Source: Callorhinchus milii (Eukaryota). Taken from it: 64,000 nt of DNA. Each line of letters opens with the position of its first letter. Position 1 is the first letter of the stretch. Shown piece by piece: positions 39,040 through 51,213 of the stretch. Both the position numbers and the translations under genes were made by a program. Under the pieces are notes generated by a model that was not told the DNA's origin, ran no database searches, and was given only the letters and a program-made list of their open reading frames with translations. The stretch spans positions 62,746,001 to 62,810,000 of the forward strand of contig NW_024704742.1 of NCBI RefSeq assembly GCF_018977255.1. Direction: 5' to 3'.

Positions 39040-39870
39040 CTTTTAGGCTTTCTGTCCCTGTTCTCTGGAACTCCATCCTGGAGTGTTTTTGCTTTGTTCC
39101 CTCCCTTCCTCTCTTCAAAAACCTTCTAAAACTATCTTTTTCTGACTGCACTTCTGGTCACTTTCCAACTCCCTGCTCAGGATCCTTTTAAGATAGCTGT
39201 CAAGCTGCATGAAGCATTTTGACTTTTGTTCCCGACGTGAAAGGTACTGTATCAATTGTTGTTGCGATAATGATTCAGGTGAAAACGCATTGCCAAGAGT
39301 TGAATGGTGGTGTTGACGTACAGAGAGGCATTTTGTTTATCCTGTCACATCATCCAGAACTGTAATTTATACTAATTCGGCAATGAAACCAAATGTTAAC
39401 ATTTATGTATCAGAAATATATGGCTCATCACATAGGAGTATGAATGTGAAGCATGAGACTATTAAATCTGCAAGATTCATTGAATCACTGAAGTGAACTG
39501 AAAGCATCTCTAAGTGGTGAATTAAAATACCCTGGAACAATTTCTAACACAAGATTCTTACACTTACACACAAATCGCTTCATGCCCTGGCACCTCCCTA
39601 TCTTTCTGATTTGCTCACACCCGACACTTCACTACCCACCCCCTTCACCCATCTGGCTCGGGTCTTCTACATGTCCCTCATTCCTCCGTTCCTCCATTGG
39701 CATCCGTGCTTACAGTCACCATGCCTCTTTGCCCATCCAAATCACACCTTAAAACCTTCTTCTTTGGTCACCTCCTCTCTCTTCCCAGCTCCATGTTAAA
39801 CCACACTATTAAGCACTATAAGATGCTACCCTTGTGAAGGGCACCCTACGCAATGCAGGTTGTTATTGTC
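39040..39870 (+). mobile_element. Two old L2 3' fragments (about 39040-39265 and 39570-39870)
   Basis: CTCTGGAACTC, CCCTGGCACCTCCCTATC and L2-type tails. Confidence 0.6.
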
Positions 39871-40074
39871 TTTCATTCAGCTGATTTGTGCACAGCAATG
39901 TCCCTCAAACAGTTATGATGTGAATGAATGACCAAGGGGGCATCGTTGGCCAGAATACTGGGAGTTCACTTTTTGAATAGTGCCATGGGATCTGTAACAT
40001 CCACTTGAACAGGTAGACACAATCTCAGTTAATAATGTTAAATGTAATGTACATTAATCACAATAATGTACATT

Positions 40075-40690
40075 ACAACAAACCCTGATGTACCCATCTG
40101 CAGACCAACTCAACTGCAAAGTTAAGAGATTCAGCAGGGAAAGTGTTGTGTGTTCCAATTGCAGCAACAAATATCTTTGAAACCAATTTAAATCCCAACA
40201 ACATTTAGGGTAAATTGGCCTGTATGAATCTATGTTTGAGAGATCCAAAATAAAAGCATTACAAAAAGATAACCCAGACGAAAGCTAATTTGTGGGAAAT
40301 CAGTGATAAAGTTAAGTACCATTGGAAGTAAAGTGCTGGCAGTAAACTACAGTTTGTCGTTTAATGAAACCATTAGTGCCTGATAATTATGTGAGTTCAG
40401 CATCTGCATTCTCTCACAACAATGACCACAGTGATGGGCTTTTGAAATAACAGAACAGTCTCAGGCAGCTGTTTGAGCTGTTAATTCATTAAAGTTAATA
40501 TTAGAAAATGTTTTCATTTTGACTTCATTTGATGGAGAGACAAGTATAACAAGTACAAATGACTCACAGCACTGTCTGTACAGGGCCATAAAATGAACGA
40601 ATGCCTTTAAACGTATCACGTTCATTCCTTCCGTCACAAACCGTGACCAATATTCTACTTTATTCACTCCCCCAACCAATTTAATTTCCC
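40075..40690 (-). pseudogene. Candidate exon of relic gene
   Basis: ORF 40461..40679 (VEYWSRFVTEGMNVIRLKAFVHFMALYRQCCESFVLVILV) plus downstream FKLVSKIFVAAIGTHNTFPAESLNFAVELVCRW; boundaries uncertain. Confidence 0.4.
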
Positions 40691-42499
40691 AGTGAAAGCA
40701 ATGGGCAAAACTTCCAAGATAAAACTCTGACTTTTCTTTTCTCCCTGACTTTTAAAAGTAAATGAGCAGAACTCCAGGGAATCATTCTAATCTGACTGTA
40801 TGTAATATAAAATTCTTGACCTACCTTCATTCAACAAATTCTATTTTAAATTTATACAAGGGTTTGATAAGGTTAGCATAACAACAACTTGCATTTATAT
40901 AGCGCTCTTCATACAGGGCAGCATCTCTCATACAGTCAACCTATATTTTCTTTATGCTTTTTTCATGCAACTTACTGATTTCTTCTTTTCTTTATGCTTT
41001 TTTTAACCTTTGTTATTGCTTGACTTTCCTATTTCTCTCTCCCTCTCTCTCTTTTTGCCTCATGATTTCTCCTTTGCTTCTGCTCTTTCACTTTCTGTGC
41101 GCGTACTTTCTTCTCAGTTCTTTCTCTCACTCCTTGCAGCTCCGTACGCTCTCTGAGACCATGTCTGGCTTGAAGGACACTATATAAATGCAAGTTGTTG
41201 TTATTGTTGTTGGTCACCTTCTCTTTCTCTTTCTTGCTTACTCCTTAGATAATAGTATCACACTACCTCAAAGCCCGCACACTGTTCCAATATAAAATTG
41301 CCTCTTGAGTTTGTGACCACTCACGTTGTTAACAAAATAAAAAAATTTGGTCAAATATTTTACCTTTGTGCAATCAGATATTGAATACTGGACACTGAAT
41401 TAATAATATGAACTGACATGCTGGATTAAATGGTTCTTTGTAGCAAAAGTACATCCACAGCGATTTAAGGAACTCTGTTGGCTTGAAAGCATTCTCCTTG
41501 GAAGTTGAGAGAGCACAGTGGTATAGCATTAGTAAGGCTGGAGTTTCACATGGATGTATTCAGAAAGGATCTAAAGAAATGTCACACAATACATTTCAAA
41601 ACTAGCCAGGAGATGCAAAGTAGGCAGGCCTGGTTGGAATGCAACTGATATCCACTACTGCATATCTGTGGTGAAACTCACTTTTAGTCATGGAAATGTT
41701 TTTTTTTGCAATGTTCAACAACATGGACTATTAGAATTGAATTCAGACTTATTTTTAGCCCTTTGGATTCTCTTATCTTTTATTGAAGTTTGATACAAAG
41801 CGTTGCATATACTTATTTCAGCATAATTCGTAAGTACTCACTAAACATGATGAATATAATAATTACACATGAAATACAATTTTCCAGGATTACTCAAGGG
41901 ATAGCTATCTAAATTGCCTCCATAATTAATATTAATGATGGTTAGTGGTGGTGTTAACTGCTCCTCAGACTGGTTTCAGCTGTTGGTCTAGTTCTGCTCT
42001 GTCTTCCCTCTGAACTTTCTTTCTTTGATGCTTGTGGTAAGTCTCACACTCTTCTACGTTTGTTCTTGATGGCTTTATGCTTCAGCCTCAGTATTACATT
42101 CTTCTTCACCGTAGAATGATTTATTCAAGTTTCTATATGCACAACAAATCATTAATTTTAAGCACGTAAATTTCATGTCTTTCTTGCATTTGGGCATAAG
42201 TGCATTATTTCCATTCTTCTGAGGTTTTCCTTCCCCTTGGTTTCTCCCTCCCTCTCACTGGCTCACCCTGCCAGATACGATCCTCTCCCTGACATTTATA
42301 TCCCTGTTGTGTCAATTTCACCTTTCTGCTCACTAGCCGCATTTCATCCACAAAGTACAGTCAATTTCTTTATAATATATTCTATGAAGCGCTTTGAGAC
42401 TTTATAAGGCTCCATATCAAATGCAAGGATTATTATTATTAGTAGTAGTTTATCTGCACCTCTCCACTATGTGGAATGGGTCTAATCCAATGAAAATTA

Positions 42500-42725
42500 A
42501 TTTAGATCAAATGTTTTCCCGAAGGATAGACTTGTATAAAAAATTACCATTGAAGATGATTGAAGCGGATGGTATAAATGTGTTCAAAGCAGCAAATAAA
42601 TGGTGTTTATTGGAAAATAAATTTAGGAATATGGTGAAAAAGCAGGTCTAGCAGTTTGAGTTTAGAACTATTACAAAGGGATAGGATAATTGTTTTTACC
42701 TATACATTCTTATATTCTTATGTAA
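42500..42725 (+). mobile_element. Old CR1 3' end
   Basis: LPLKMIEADGINVFK; TTCTTAT-repeat tail. Confidence 0.5.
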
Positions 42726-43062
42726 AATGGTCCCAGACCATTAAATTAACCCCAAAACCTTTTCCGTTTTAAGTGTAATATGTGTGTTTTTTTCTGTTTC
42801 CCTCTGATAAATCACTCCCCTAACATTTTGATAATAAAACATTTTGTGAAATTGGACGATCCTTGAACTTGCATAAATGTTTTACTTGAATTCCAGCAGA
42901 GTATAAATCACACACTACCTAGGGTCATTGATTTACACTACCTGTGTTATTGAGAAAATGAAAATTTTAAAAGCGTATTTGCTATGTTGGGATGGCATTG
43001 CTGTATCGGACTCTGAAATTGAGCCATTTCTAAGTGACAAGTGGTGGTCTGGCAACCGTAAA

Positions 43063-43403
43063 TATAATAATAATCCTTACATTTGATGTAGCGTTGAGAC
43101 ATTTGAAAGTGCTTTACTGAATATATTGTAAAGTAAATTCATTAAATATTTTGTGGGTGACACAGCAGCCAATAGTCCCCAAAACAGTGGCCAAGTAATA
43201 TATATATATTTTTTGGTGGGGAGGGATTATCACTCCCGGAGAATGATCCTCCAATCAACTAACAACCGGGTTCCTACTTACTACTAAGTAAACAGAGGGG
43301 TACGGAGTGGGAAACTTGCCTATGGTTTCGTCCTGCCCGGGTATCGAACCCAGGTCCTCTCACTTGCGAGGTTAATGCGCTAGCCAATACGCTACAGGAC
43401 TCC
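43063..43403 (-). mobile_element. SINE family A (long form)
   Basis: Head GGAGTCCTGTAGCG ... GGTTCGATACC; tail. Confidence 0.83.
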
Positions 43404-43414
43404 ACTCTAGTATA

Positions 43415-43737
43415 TAATAATAATAATAATCCTTGCATTTGATATAGTGCTTTTCACGTCGGGAGGACGTCCCAAAGCGCTTCACAGAACACACTGTAAA
43501 GTGAATTGACTGTATATTTGTGGGCGAACGTGGCAGCCAATTGCGCATAGCAATGTCCCACAAACAGTCGTAGATTGAAAATGACCAATTTTTTAATTAT
43601 TGTTTTGGGTTTTTGGAGAGATTATTATTAGGCGTATGGAGTAAGGAAACTTGCCCAAGGTTTCGCCCTGCCTGGAATTAAACCCAGGTCTCTCACTTGC
43701 AAAGCGAATGCTCTAACCACTGAGCTACAGGGCTCCA
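43415..43737 (-). mobile_element. SINE family A (short form), adjacent to the previous copy
   Basis: Head GGAGCCCTGTAGCTCAGTGG; tail GGGACGTCCTCCCGACGTGAAAAG. Confidence 0.87.
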
Positions 43738-44189
43738 TGAGTCCATATGTCACTCTGACCGACAGGAATTCCAATATGGAACGCTCTACCTTTGGAGCAG
43801 TATTCCTGTAGCACTAGTGGATATTGTTGGATTTGAAACCTCAAATTAAGTAGAGAAACAGATTTATTTTAACTCGTTTCTGAGAAAAAGAATTAAATGA
43901 TATGAATGAGCTTTCAGCTACTGGGCCATCTTGATAGATGGATTCCAGTTTCTCAATTAATTTAACTGAAATCACAACCAAGAGTGTAATAATTCTTGTA
44001 TTTGATGTATTGGCTTATCTCTGGAATAATCTCACAATTCAGGTGTATCAAGTAACTACTTTATTCTTAACTTGCAACACTCTAACCATTAAACCCCACA
44101 CAGTTTGTCCCCCAGAATCCCTTCATATGCTTCCTGGTCTTCTTTCATTGGTTCCCATTCAATTGTTTATTTCCTCTGAAAGGAGATCC

Positions 44190-44522
44190 AACACTCAAAG
44201 CACTTTACATTTTTTGCTGAAATGTATTTGTAGGTAAATCGACAAACAATTTGCATACAGCAATGTCCCAAAACAGCCAAAAAGTAGACTATTTTTACCT
44301 GGGTGAATGTTGACTAGGACAGCGAGAGAAACACCCTTCTCTTTCTGAAGTTGTATCATAGGATCTTCATCCAAACATGCCTCAATCTAATGTTTATTTT
44401 GAAAAATGACATTGCAGCGTTCTCCAAACACTGCACTGGACTCTTAGGGGTTCAAAATTCCAATTGGGACTTCAACCCATGACCTTCTGAGTCAGAGACA
44501 AGAGTGCTGCCAACTGAGCCAG
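44190..44522 (-). mobile_element. Deu-domain SINE (family B), degraded
   Basis: Head ACCTTCTGAGTCAGAGACAAGAGTGC...ACTGAGCC on the + strand. Confidence 0.68.
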
Positions 44523-44589
44523 AATGAAAAGCTTAGATCCCAATGAAAAGCATTGCTTTTGGCCATTAAGGGCAAAGCTGAGGATCGGA

Positions 44590-44940
44590 ATATTGCCTTA
44601 CTACCAATTTACTAAAATAATTAGAGAAGCGACCTTATTAGCAAGCAATCACTCAACATCATTACCAGCACACAGTTATACCCTTTAAAGGCATTTGACC
44701 TTTGGCTCTGAAGCTCTCCATCAATGTATTTCACACGGTAGTCCTGAACATTCACAGCCTCTTGTGGATATTGAGGACCACATATGCTTGTGTTCAAAGG
44801 ATCCAATTGTGATTAGTGCTTATATTCAGCATTTCTCTTTTCGTGTTTAATCTAATTATCTTCATCTACAAAAGCTTCTACTTCACCTGAAGCATGATCC
44901 TCCGGATCATTCAAATTGATTTAAAAATACTTTATCACTA
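44590..44940 (-). pseudogene. Candidate exon of relic gene
   Basis: One frame reads NDPEDHASGEVEAFVDEDN*IKHEKRNAEYKH*SQLDPLNTSICGPQYPQEAVNVQDYRVKYIDGELQ; boundaries uncertain. Confidence 0.4.
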
Positions 44941-45074
44941 AAGAAGCACTTCTCTACCAGAAATAAATTACCTGTGAAACTTTATGTTGCTCGCTTTTAA
45001 ATGCACAATTTTGGTTACCATGTGCTATTTGCTTGCCATATACATATTTCCATTGCTTACTTCAGATGTCAGAT

Positions 45075-45490
45075 TATCTAAGTGGGTAGCACCTTCATCT
45101 CTGAGTCAGAAGGCTGTTAGTTCAAGCCCTACATAAGGATTTTGAACTCACAATCTAAGCTAAGAATCCAATGCAGTACTGAAGGAATGCTGCATTGCCA
45201 GTTCAGTTCCAAGAAGACCCTGCTTACCTCCTGGATAAGAAGTTAAAGTCAGGTCCTGCTTGTCAGCTGGACATTAAAGATCCCATGGCACAATCATTAC
45301 CCAGAAATAGAAATAATTTCTCCATGTGTTCTGGCCAACAATCCCCCAAATAAAATTAGTCAACCACTTCACGGCTGTTTGTGGAACACTGCTGTGTGTA
45401 AATTGGGTGCCGCATTCACCTCTGCAATCACTACACTTTATTGTAGATCCCGTGAAGTGCTTTGAGACATCCTCCAAGTCATACAAATAT
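45075..45490 (+). mobile_element. Deu-domain SINE (family B)
   Basis: Head plus GGACATTAAAGATCCCATGGCAC. Confidence 0.72.
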
Positions 45491-45872
45491 TGTATTAATA
45501 TTTATGTACATATTTATGTCAATAACTGATTATAAGAAATACATAATGATACATTTTGTTTTCTGTTGCATTCAGTTTCCGCACCAAAATGACTTTGCTT
45601 GTAAGATTGCAGGCAACCAATAAAGTTTGTACTGGGGGTTAATGTTTGCTTTTTTTGTAAAAATGAGAAACTATTTTCCACATGTGGAATTGTCCACTTA
45701 CTAAGGTGACGTGTGTCAAAGGCAGAGCTGTGAATGGAGAAAAAAATTCACCTTCCATACCTATTATACACATCCAAACATTTTATCACATGGGAATCAT
45801 TAGGGACATGGGAAGGAGTGTGATCAGAAATATCATTTTCAGGGTATTAAAGGGTATGGTGAAGTGTGGGAG

Positions 45873-46370
45873 AATAATAATAATAATCCTTGCATTTGAT
45901 AAAGCGCCTTATCATGTCTTTGAGACGTCTCAAAGCGTTTAGATAATTATTTGGGGAGGACAAGTTTACAGGGCAATGGAGAGCGAGCGGGGGAGTGGGA
46001 TTGAATTGGAAAGCTCTTTTAAAAGAGCCGGCACAGACACAATGGGCCGAATGGCCTCCTTCTGTGCTGTATCATTCTATGATTTTCTGATGATTCACAG
46101 AATATACTGTAAAGTGAATTGATTGTATATCTTGTGGGCAAAACGCGGCAGCCAATTGCGCACAGCAGTGTCCCACAAACGATCATGGATTGAGTGATCA
46201 AATTATTATTATTAGCTTTTAAGGGTTTATTACATCCAAAAAAGCAATCCACCAATCGACTAACACCTGGGTTCCTACTTACTGCTTGGTAAGTAGAGGC
46301 ATTTGGACTAAGGAAATTTGCCTCACGTTTTGTCATTCAGGGATCAAACCTGTCTTGTTGTTTGCAAGGC
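45873..46370 (-). mobile_element. SINE family A (long form) interrupted by a CR1 fragment
   Basis: Tail 45873-45940; body resumes at 46094. Confidence 0.82.
45941..46093 (+). mobile_element. CR1 3' UTR fragment inserted in a SINE
   Basis: GGGCCGAATGGCCTCCTTCTGTGCTGT and TTCTATGA tail; interrupts the SINE motif CAAAGCGTTT/CACAGAAT. Confidence 0.85.
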
Positions 46371-47319
46371 GTGGAGAAATTAAATTGAGGGGAAATGGGA
46401 TTGGAAGATCTGCTGTGATCTAATCCACTGACAGAATAGGCTTAATGGGCTGAATGGCTTCTTCCCATGTTCCTTATGTACCACTGTTTACACACTAAAG
46501 CAGTTTGCTTCAATAAAATGCCCAGGGTCTAAGACGTTCCTTTTTGCACTACTGCAACAATTCTGTTTGCTGTAATGGTTGTCTGTGAGTGACATTGTCA
46601 ATGTAATTCTAACTAGTAGTAAACGATGGTCAATTTTGTATGCTGGGAGCTCATGTCCTCTGAGAGTTGAGCTAAGAACGTACCCAACTCATTTCACACA
46701 AAACCTTTACAGTAACCAGAGAGGGAAGACTTTAATCTTGTCTGTGTAGCCTAGATTCAAACCCAGGTCCCAGAGGTGATAAAACAGTTCTGTTAGACTG
46801 TGCCGACCAGTTTCCACCAAGCATTAATCTTATCAAAGATTGATCTCATTTTTAAGCTTCACTGGAGTTTTTCCTCCTTTTCATTAAAATTACACCTCTT
46901 CAGATAAGCAAAAATACAGTTGTTTTTTTCTGAACCAACTATTTTGTGATTTTTTCTGAAAATGCATGATATTTAAAAACTGCATTTTAAAAAATAAAAT
47001 TATACTAACAAAAACTGCTGTTTATTTGTAGGGTGAAAGGCAATTAGCATTCTTGAGTTGCTGAGATAGCTTCATAACTAGCACAAGGGGATGTAACTGC
47101 AAATAAAATCACAGTCTACTCCAACTGTCATCATTTTGTGACCATAATGAATTGTGATTCAGATCCATGGTGGCTCTCCTTAACTTTTGCATAAGTGGCA
47201 TTATGGTGCGAGTTATCTTCGTTCAATTTCATCTTCACAATATTGAAAAAGGAATTTGGATAGGCATTTGAAGAGGAAGAATGTGAAAGAGTGGGGCAAT
47301 AGAGCAGGTAATTGAGATT

Positions 47320-47580
47320 TGTGGAGACCTGTAGTGTTGGCTAGAGCACTCGCCTCGCAAGCGAGCAGACTTGTGTTTGATTCCTGGGTGGGGTGAAACG
47401 TTAGACAAAGTTCCTTACTCCACACCTAACAGTAAGTAGGAACCCGGTTATTAGTCGATTGGTGGATCGCTTTTCCTGGGGTAATAATCCTTTAAAAAAA
47501 TAATAAATACTAATAATTTGGTCACTCAATCCACAAAGACGTGATAAGGGGCTTAGCAAATGCTAGGATTATTACTATTA
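47320..47580 (+). mobile_element. SINE family A, internally deleted
   Basis: Head, central domain and shortened tail. Confidence 0.75.
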
Positions 47581-47639
47581 AATCCAATAATATGGATGAG
47601 CTAACTTATATAACTTATATTCTTATTGAGTGATTTATG

Positions 47640-47892
47640 TTCTTATTGAGCGAATTATGTTTTTATTGAGCGAATAGTGAACCTGTTGAACAGGGTCCCT
47701 TGGGAGACGGTTGAAGCAGGAAATGTTGATTCTTTCAAACACAAATTGGATAGTTTTCTTTTAGGAAATGACATTATGGGATATAGTACATAGGTAGTTT
47801 GTGACATATATGCATGCGACAGGCAGGAAAGTGGAAGGTGAACTAGGTGGACCTTGGTCTTTTTTCGTCTCGCATTTCTTATGTTCTTATGT
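47640..47892 (+). mobile_element. CR1-type 3' end
   Basis: RIVNLLNRVPWETVEAGNVDSFKHKLDSFL; (TTCTTATG)n tail. Confidence 0.7.
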
Positions 47893-48289
47893 AACTTGCA
47901 TTTGATGGATTGAATGGCTTCTTCCATCCACCCCGATGTACTATTCTACAATGCCCTCTGTTGATACATTGAGAAGTCAGGGATCAACACCATTTGAATA
48001 AATGAATGTTGTTGCCTTTGTATCACAAGATCACAAGATCAGTTCCGATGAAAAAGGCCATTAGAAAAAGATCCACCTGATCGCATTCCTCCAGATCACC
48101 CACTTTACCGTTCACCTCCATCACAGCATTAAGCTGCTTTGTATATGAATCTTGTAGTCCTGGCCTCTGTCACCCTCCTGGCAACCAGTTCCAGTCATTA
48201 CTTATCCTCTGAATAAAGAAATACTTCATGGTGTCACTCCTGAAATTGTCCTTTGCAACCTATGTCTGCTTGTTCTACTGACTTTGGTG

Positions 48290-48552
48290 CTTGCTGCACC
48301 ACTGCCAAAGGCTTTCAAGAGTTGTGCTTCTACATACCGTTTACCTCCAGAGGCAGTTTTCAGCACATGTCGAGGCACATCATTCCACCTCCAGAAGGAA
48401 AGACAGTTGAGGCAACTGGATAAATGGTCTCTCCTTGTACATCTGGGTTTGCTTGTCACCATGCTTTTCTGGAGAAGTCGTCAGTCCACCTTCACAGGCT
48501 AATAATGCCATTTTTGATTCTCCTAGCTTGTGCAGACTGTTGTTAATTCAAC
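48290..48552 (-). pseudogene. Candidate exon of relic gene
   Basis: Unique coding-like sequence (ORF 48226..48462) after an atcaatttttag acceptor; reading frame uncertain. Confidence 0.3.
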
Positions 48553-49109
48553 TAAAAATTGATTAACATCCATACTGAGGCACAACAAGAGAATTAACTC
48601 CGAATTAATTTATTTGAATTAACCCAATTTTGTGTAGTGGATAGTCAGACCAGCCCTTATCCCTTATTATTATTATTATTATTGTTATTATTATCAACAA
48701 ATTCACATTTATTTCACAAGAACAATTACTACAAAGCCCTTCAGTCCAATTCCAATTGCCTTCAATGCACGTTGAAAGTGCTCCCCAGGTTATTATTTAA
48801 TATAATAACTATCAATATCTTAATGGCTGAAAGTAGACTTTGCATAAAGCATTTCAATAACGCAACCACAAACCATTGGCAAGATCATTGTGAATGAAAC
48901 AAGACAGTAATTTACAGGCTGCTAAACTTTTCAACATTAGAAATAGGTTAAATAATGAAGGGAAAATGGCATTAAAACATCCTCGTACGAATCAATTTAA
49001 ACGTTTAGCTTTATTTTTAAAACAAAACTTTTTAATGAGGGGTTTTCTCACCCATTTTATCCACGACTCTCTCCAATTCTGTGAGTGGTGATTCAAGCTG
49101 AAGAAATAT

Positions 49110-49518
49110 TTGAAAACCCCTGTCAGAAGATTGTGGGTTTATGCCCCACATCAGGACTTTGAACTCATAGCCTAGAGTAAAGGAGCTGGGGGAATGCTGA
49201 TTGTTAGACATGCTGTCCTTCGGATGAAACATTAAAACAAGGTCTCAACTGAGCTTATCGAGGTGGACATTAAAGATCCCTTGACATGACTTGAAAAGAA
49301 AAGCAAGTTTCTCCCGGTGTCCCTGAGCAACTATAGACAAAATTAGTCACTCTCTTCATGACTGTTTGCGGAACCTTGCTGTCACAAAATTATTACTGCA
49401 TTCTCCTACAAAATACATCAGTCACGCCACTTGCCAATAAAATCCTGTAAGGAGCATGGAGTTGTTTTGACAATGTGATAAGGCACTATATCAAATGCAA
49501 GACTTAATTATTATTATT
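49110..49518 (+). mobile_element. Deu-domain SINE (family B)
   Basis: GCTGTCCTTCGGATGAAACATTAAA ... TAAAGATCCC; (ATT)n tail. Confidence 0.78.
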
Positions 49519-49883
49519 ACATGAAGATAAAATACCTGAAGTGACTCCCTGCTGAATTTCTTTCCCAGCCTTTCACCTAGCGAGGCTCAAACCCACGCTT
49601 GTCAGATGACGAATGACCAACTAGTAACTATCTATCCTCTTTGGAGGGGGAAGGTAAGCTGGGTTTCCTTGGAGCTGAACTGGCTCCAAGGTGACATGGC
49701 CTGGCAATGGAATGTCAGGATCGAGCCAGCCCTCTGTGGTGGTCTTAGTAGTCTGACTCCTAAGCCAGGTGTGTCCATAGTATTCTAGGGCACTGCTGAT
49801 GACACACAGCCAGCCTGGCTCATCAGCAGGACTTGGAAGGGCAGACCAGTCACTGGGGGCAGGGAGTCATCCCACTCAGTTCC

Positions 49884-50225
49884 TGTTAATCCTGCAAACC
49901 AAAGCCTTAATGGCTAGGGAGGTCCTAGCTGGACAAGCAGTGGGAAAGCTTGCCAGACAGCAACATCAATGGCATGGTATGTGATTTTAGCTGGTTAGAT
50001 GTCAGGTCCAATGCACACTCTGGGGTCCCCAAGCCTTGGCTCTTGCCAACCTGTGCCTAATACTCTCTGGAATTAGGTAAGCAGGATGCATCCCTCCAGG
50101 GAGAGAGTGCACATTCCATTCCAACAATCTATCTGGTATTTCCATGTGCAGGTGGGATGTATGGAAATTTCAGCTTGGTTTGGAAGTGATGATGGTGTCA
50201 GTCACCTGGCTGACACCCCCATTAA
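49884..50225 (-). repeat. Unclassified dispersed repeat; other copies near 7971, 18520, 25120 and 33165
   Basis: Shared blocks GGAATTAGGTAAGCAG and GGGAGAGAGTGCACATTCCATTC (also at 25186-25238 and reverse-complemented near 18630-18700 and 33270-33350). Confidence 0.7.
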
Positions 50226-50369
50226 AAATGATTTCCCATGTGGCCTAACAAAGGAGTTCACAGGACACTTTCACATTACTGCACACACTTTGTTGCTGGA
50301 ATGGACAATTATTCTTCCACTCTTGCAGCTATGCTTTATGTTTGTGTACCTTTCTGTGCAATGATACTT

Positions 50370-50926
50370 GTGATTACCCCCATCAAACTGTCTGTAAAGT
50401 TTCTAAAATCTTCCTCTTTGGGCAGAGGTTGAGTGGAAGGAATTTGGTAATGCTGTATGTAGCCTAAGAAGACACTAAATCAGGCCAACTCTGCATACAA
50501 CTTGCCTAATAAAATCCATGTTCAAGTTCTGTTGATAAATCTCCCTTCTAGTCTTGGAATGTGTAGTTGCTATGTTTTCATATTAATGTAAGAGTCTTCC
50601 CACCTTGTTCAACTTCCTAACTGATGTGTCAGAGAGCCAATTGGTTGTGACTCTCTCCACTTGCTGGTTGTTGTTGTCGGCAGTGAACAATGCCCACAGA
50701 ATATCTTTATGCTACTGAATCAGCATTAAAAAAAATACATTTTCCCTTACTGTGACTGTGTGGCTCCTTGATTTTCTCTCCCCAAATCCCCTGAACCAGG
50801 TGTCCAATAGTGCAATCTGCAAGCCAGATTTCCAACAATAATAAAACTGGCTTCAGGCCCAGCCATTGTGACAGTCAGAAGCGGACAAACTGTCACCTGT
50901 GGATCAATCATCATTGAGCCATCTTC
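50370..50926 (-). pseudogene. Candidate exon of relic gene
   Basis: Acceptor gattttcatgccag at 50926; EDGSMMIDPQVTVCPLLTVTMAGPEASFIIVGNL ... YIQHYQIPSTQPLPKEEDFRNFTDSL with stops; end uncertain. Confidence 0.35.
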
Positions 50927-51044
50927 CTGGCATGAAAATCATGATATAACTATATATTGTATTGCATTGTAAAATTAAGGCATTAATTAACTGCAATATG
51001 TCCAGTAACATTGGTGCTAGTTAATACATCACAAGTCACAAGTG

Positions 51045-51213
51045 TTAAATATAAGGTAGTCGATTCCTTTCAAAGTCTCTGGATGATGTTAAACAGGTTT
51101 TGTCTGGTTGAGTTTGATAGAATCGGTTGAAGTCAACAAAGTGAAGGTTAGTTTGCTCATCTCTAATGCGGTCCTGAACAGCAGATAAAGCTTTTCAAAC
51201 AATGCAGTCTTAT
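51045..51213 (-). pseudogene. Candidate exon of relic gene
   Basis: Acceptor ttttttcactctgtattcag at 51213; reads DKTALFE, then after a frameshift ALSAVQDRIRDEQTNLHFVDFNRFYQTQPDK; end uncertain. Confidence 0.4.
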
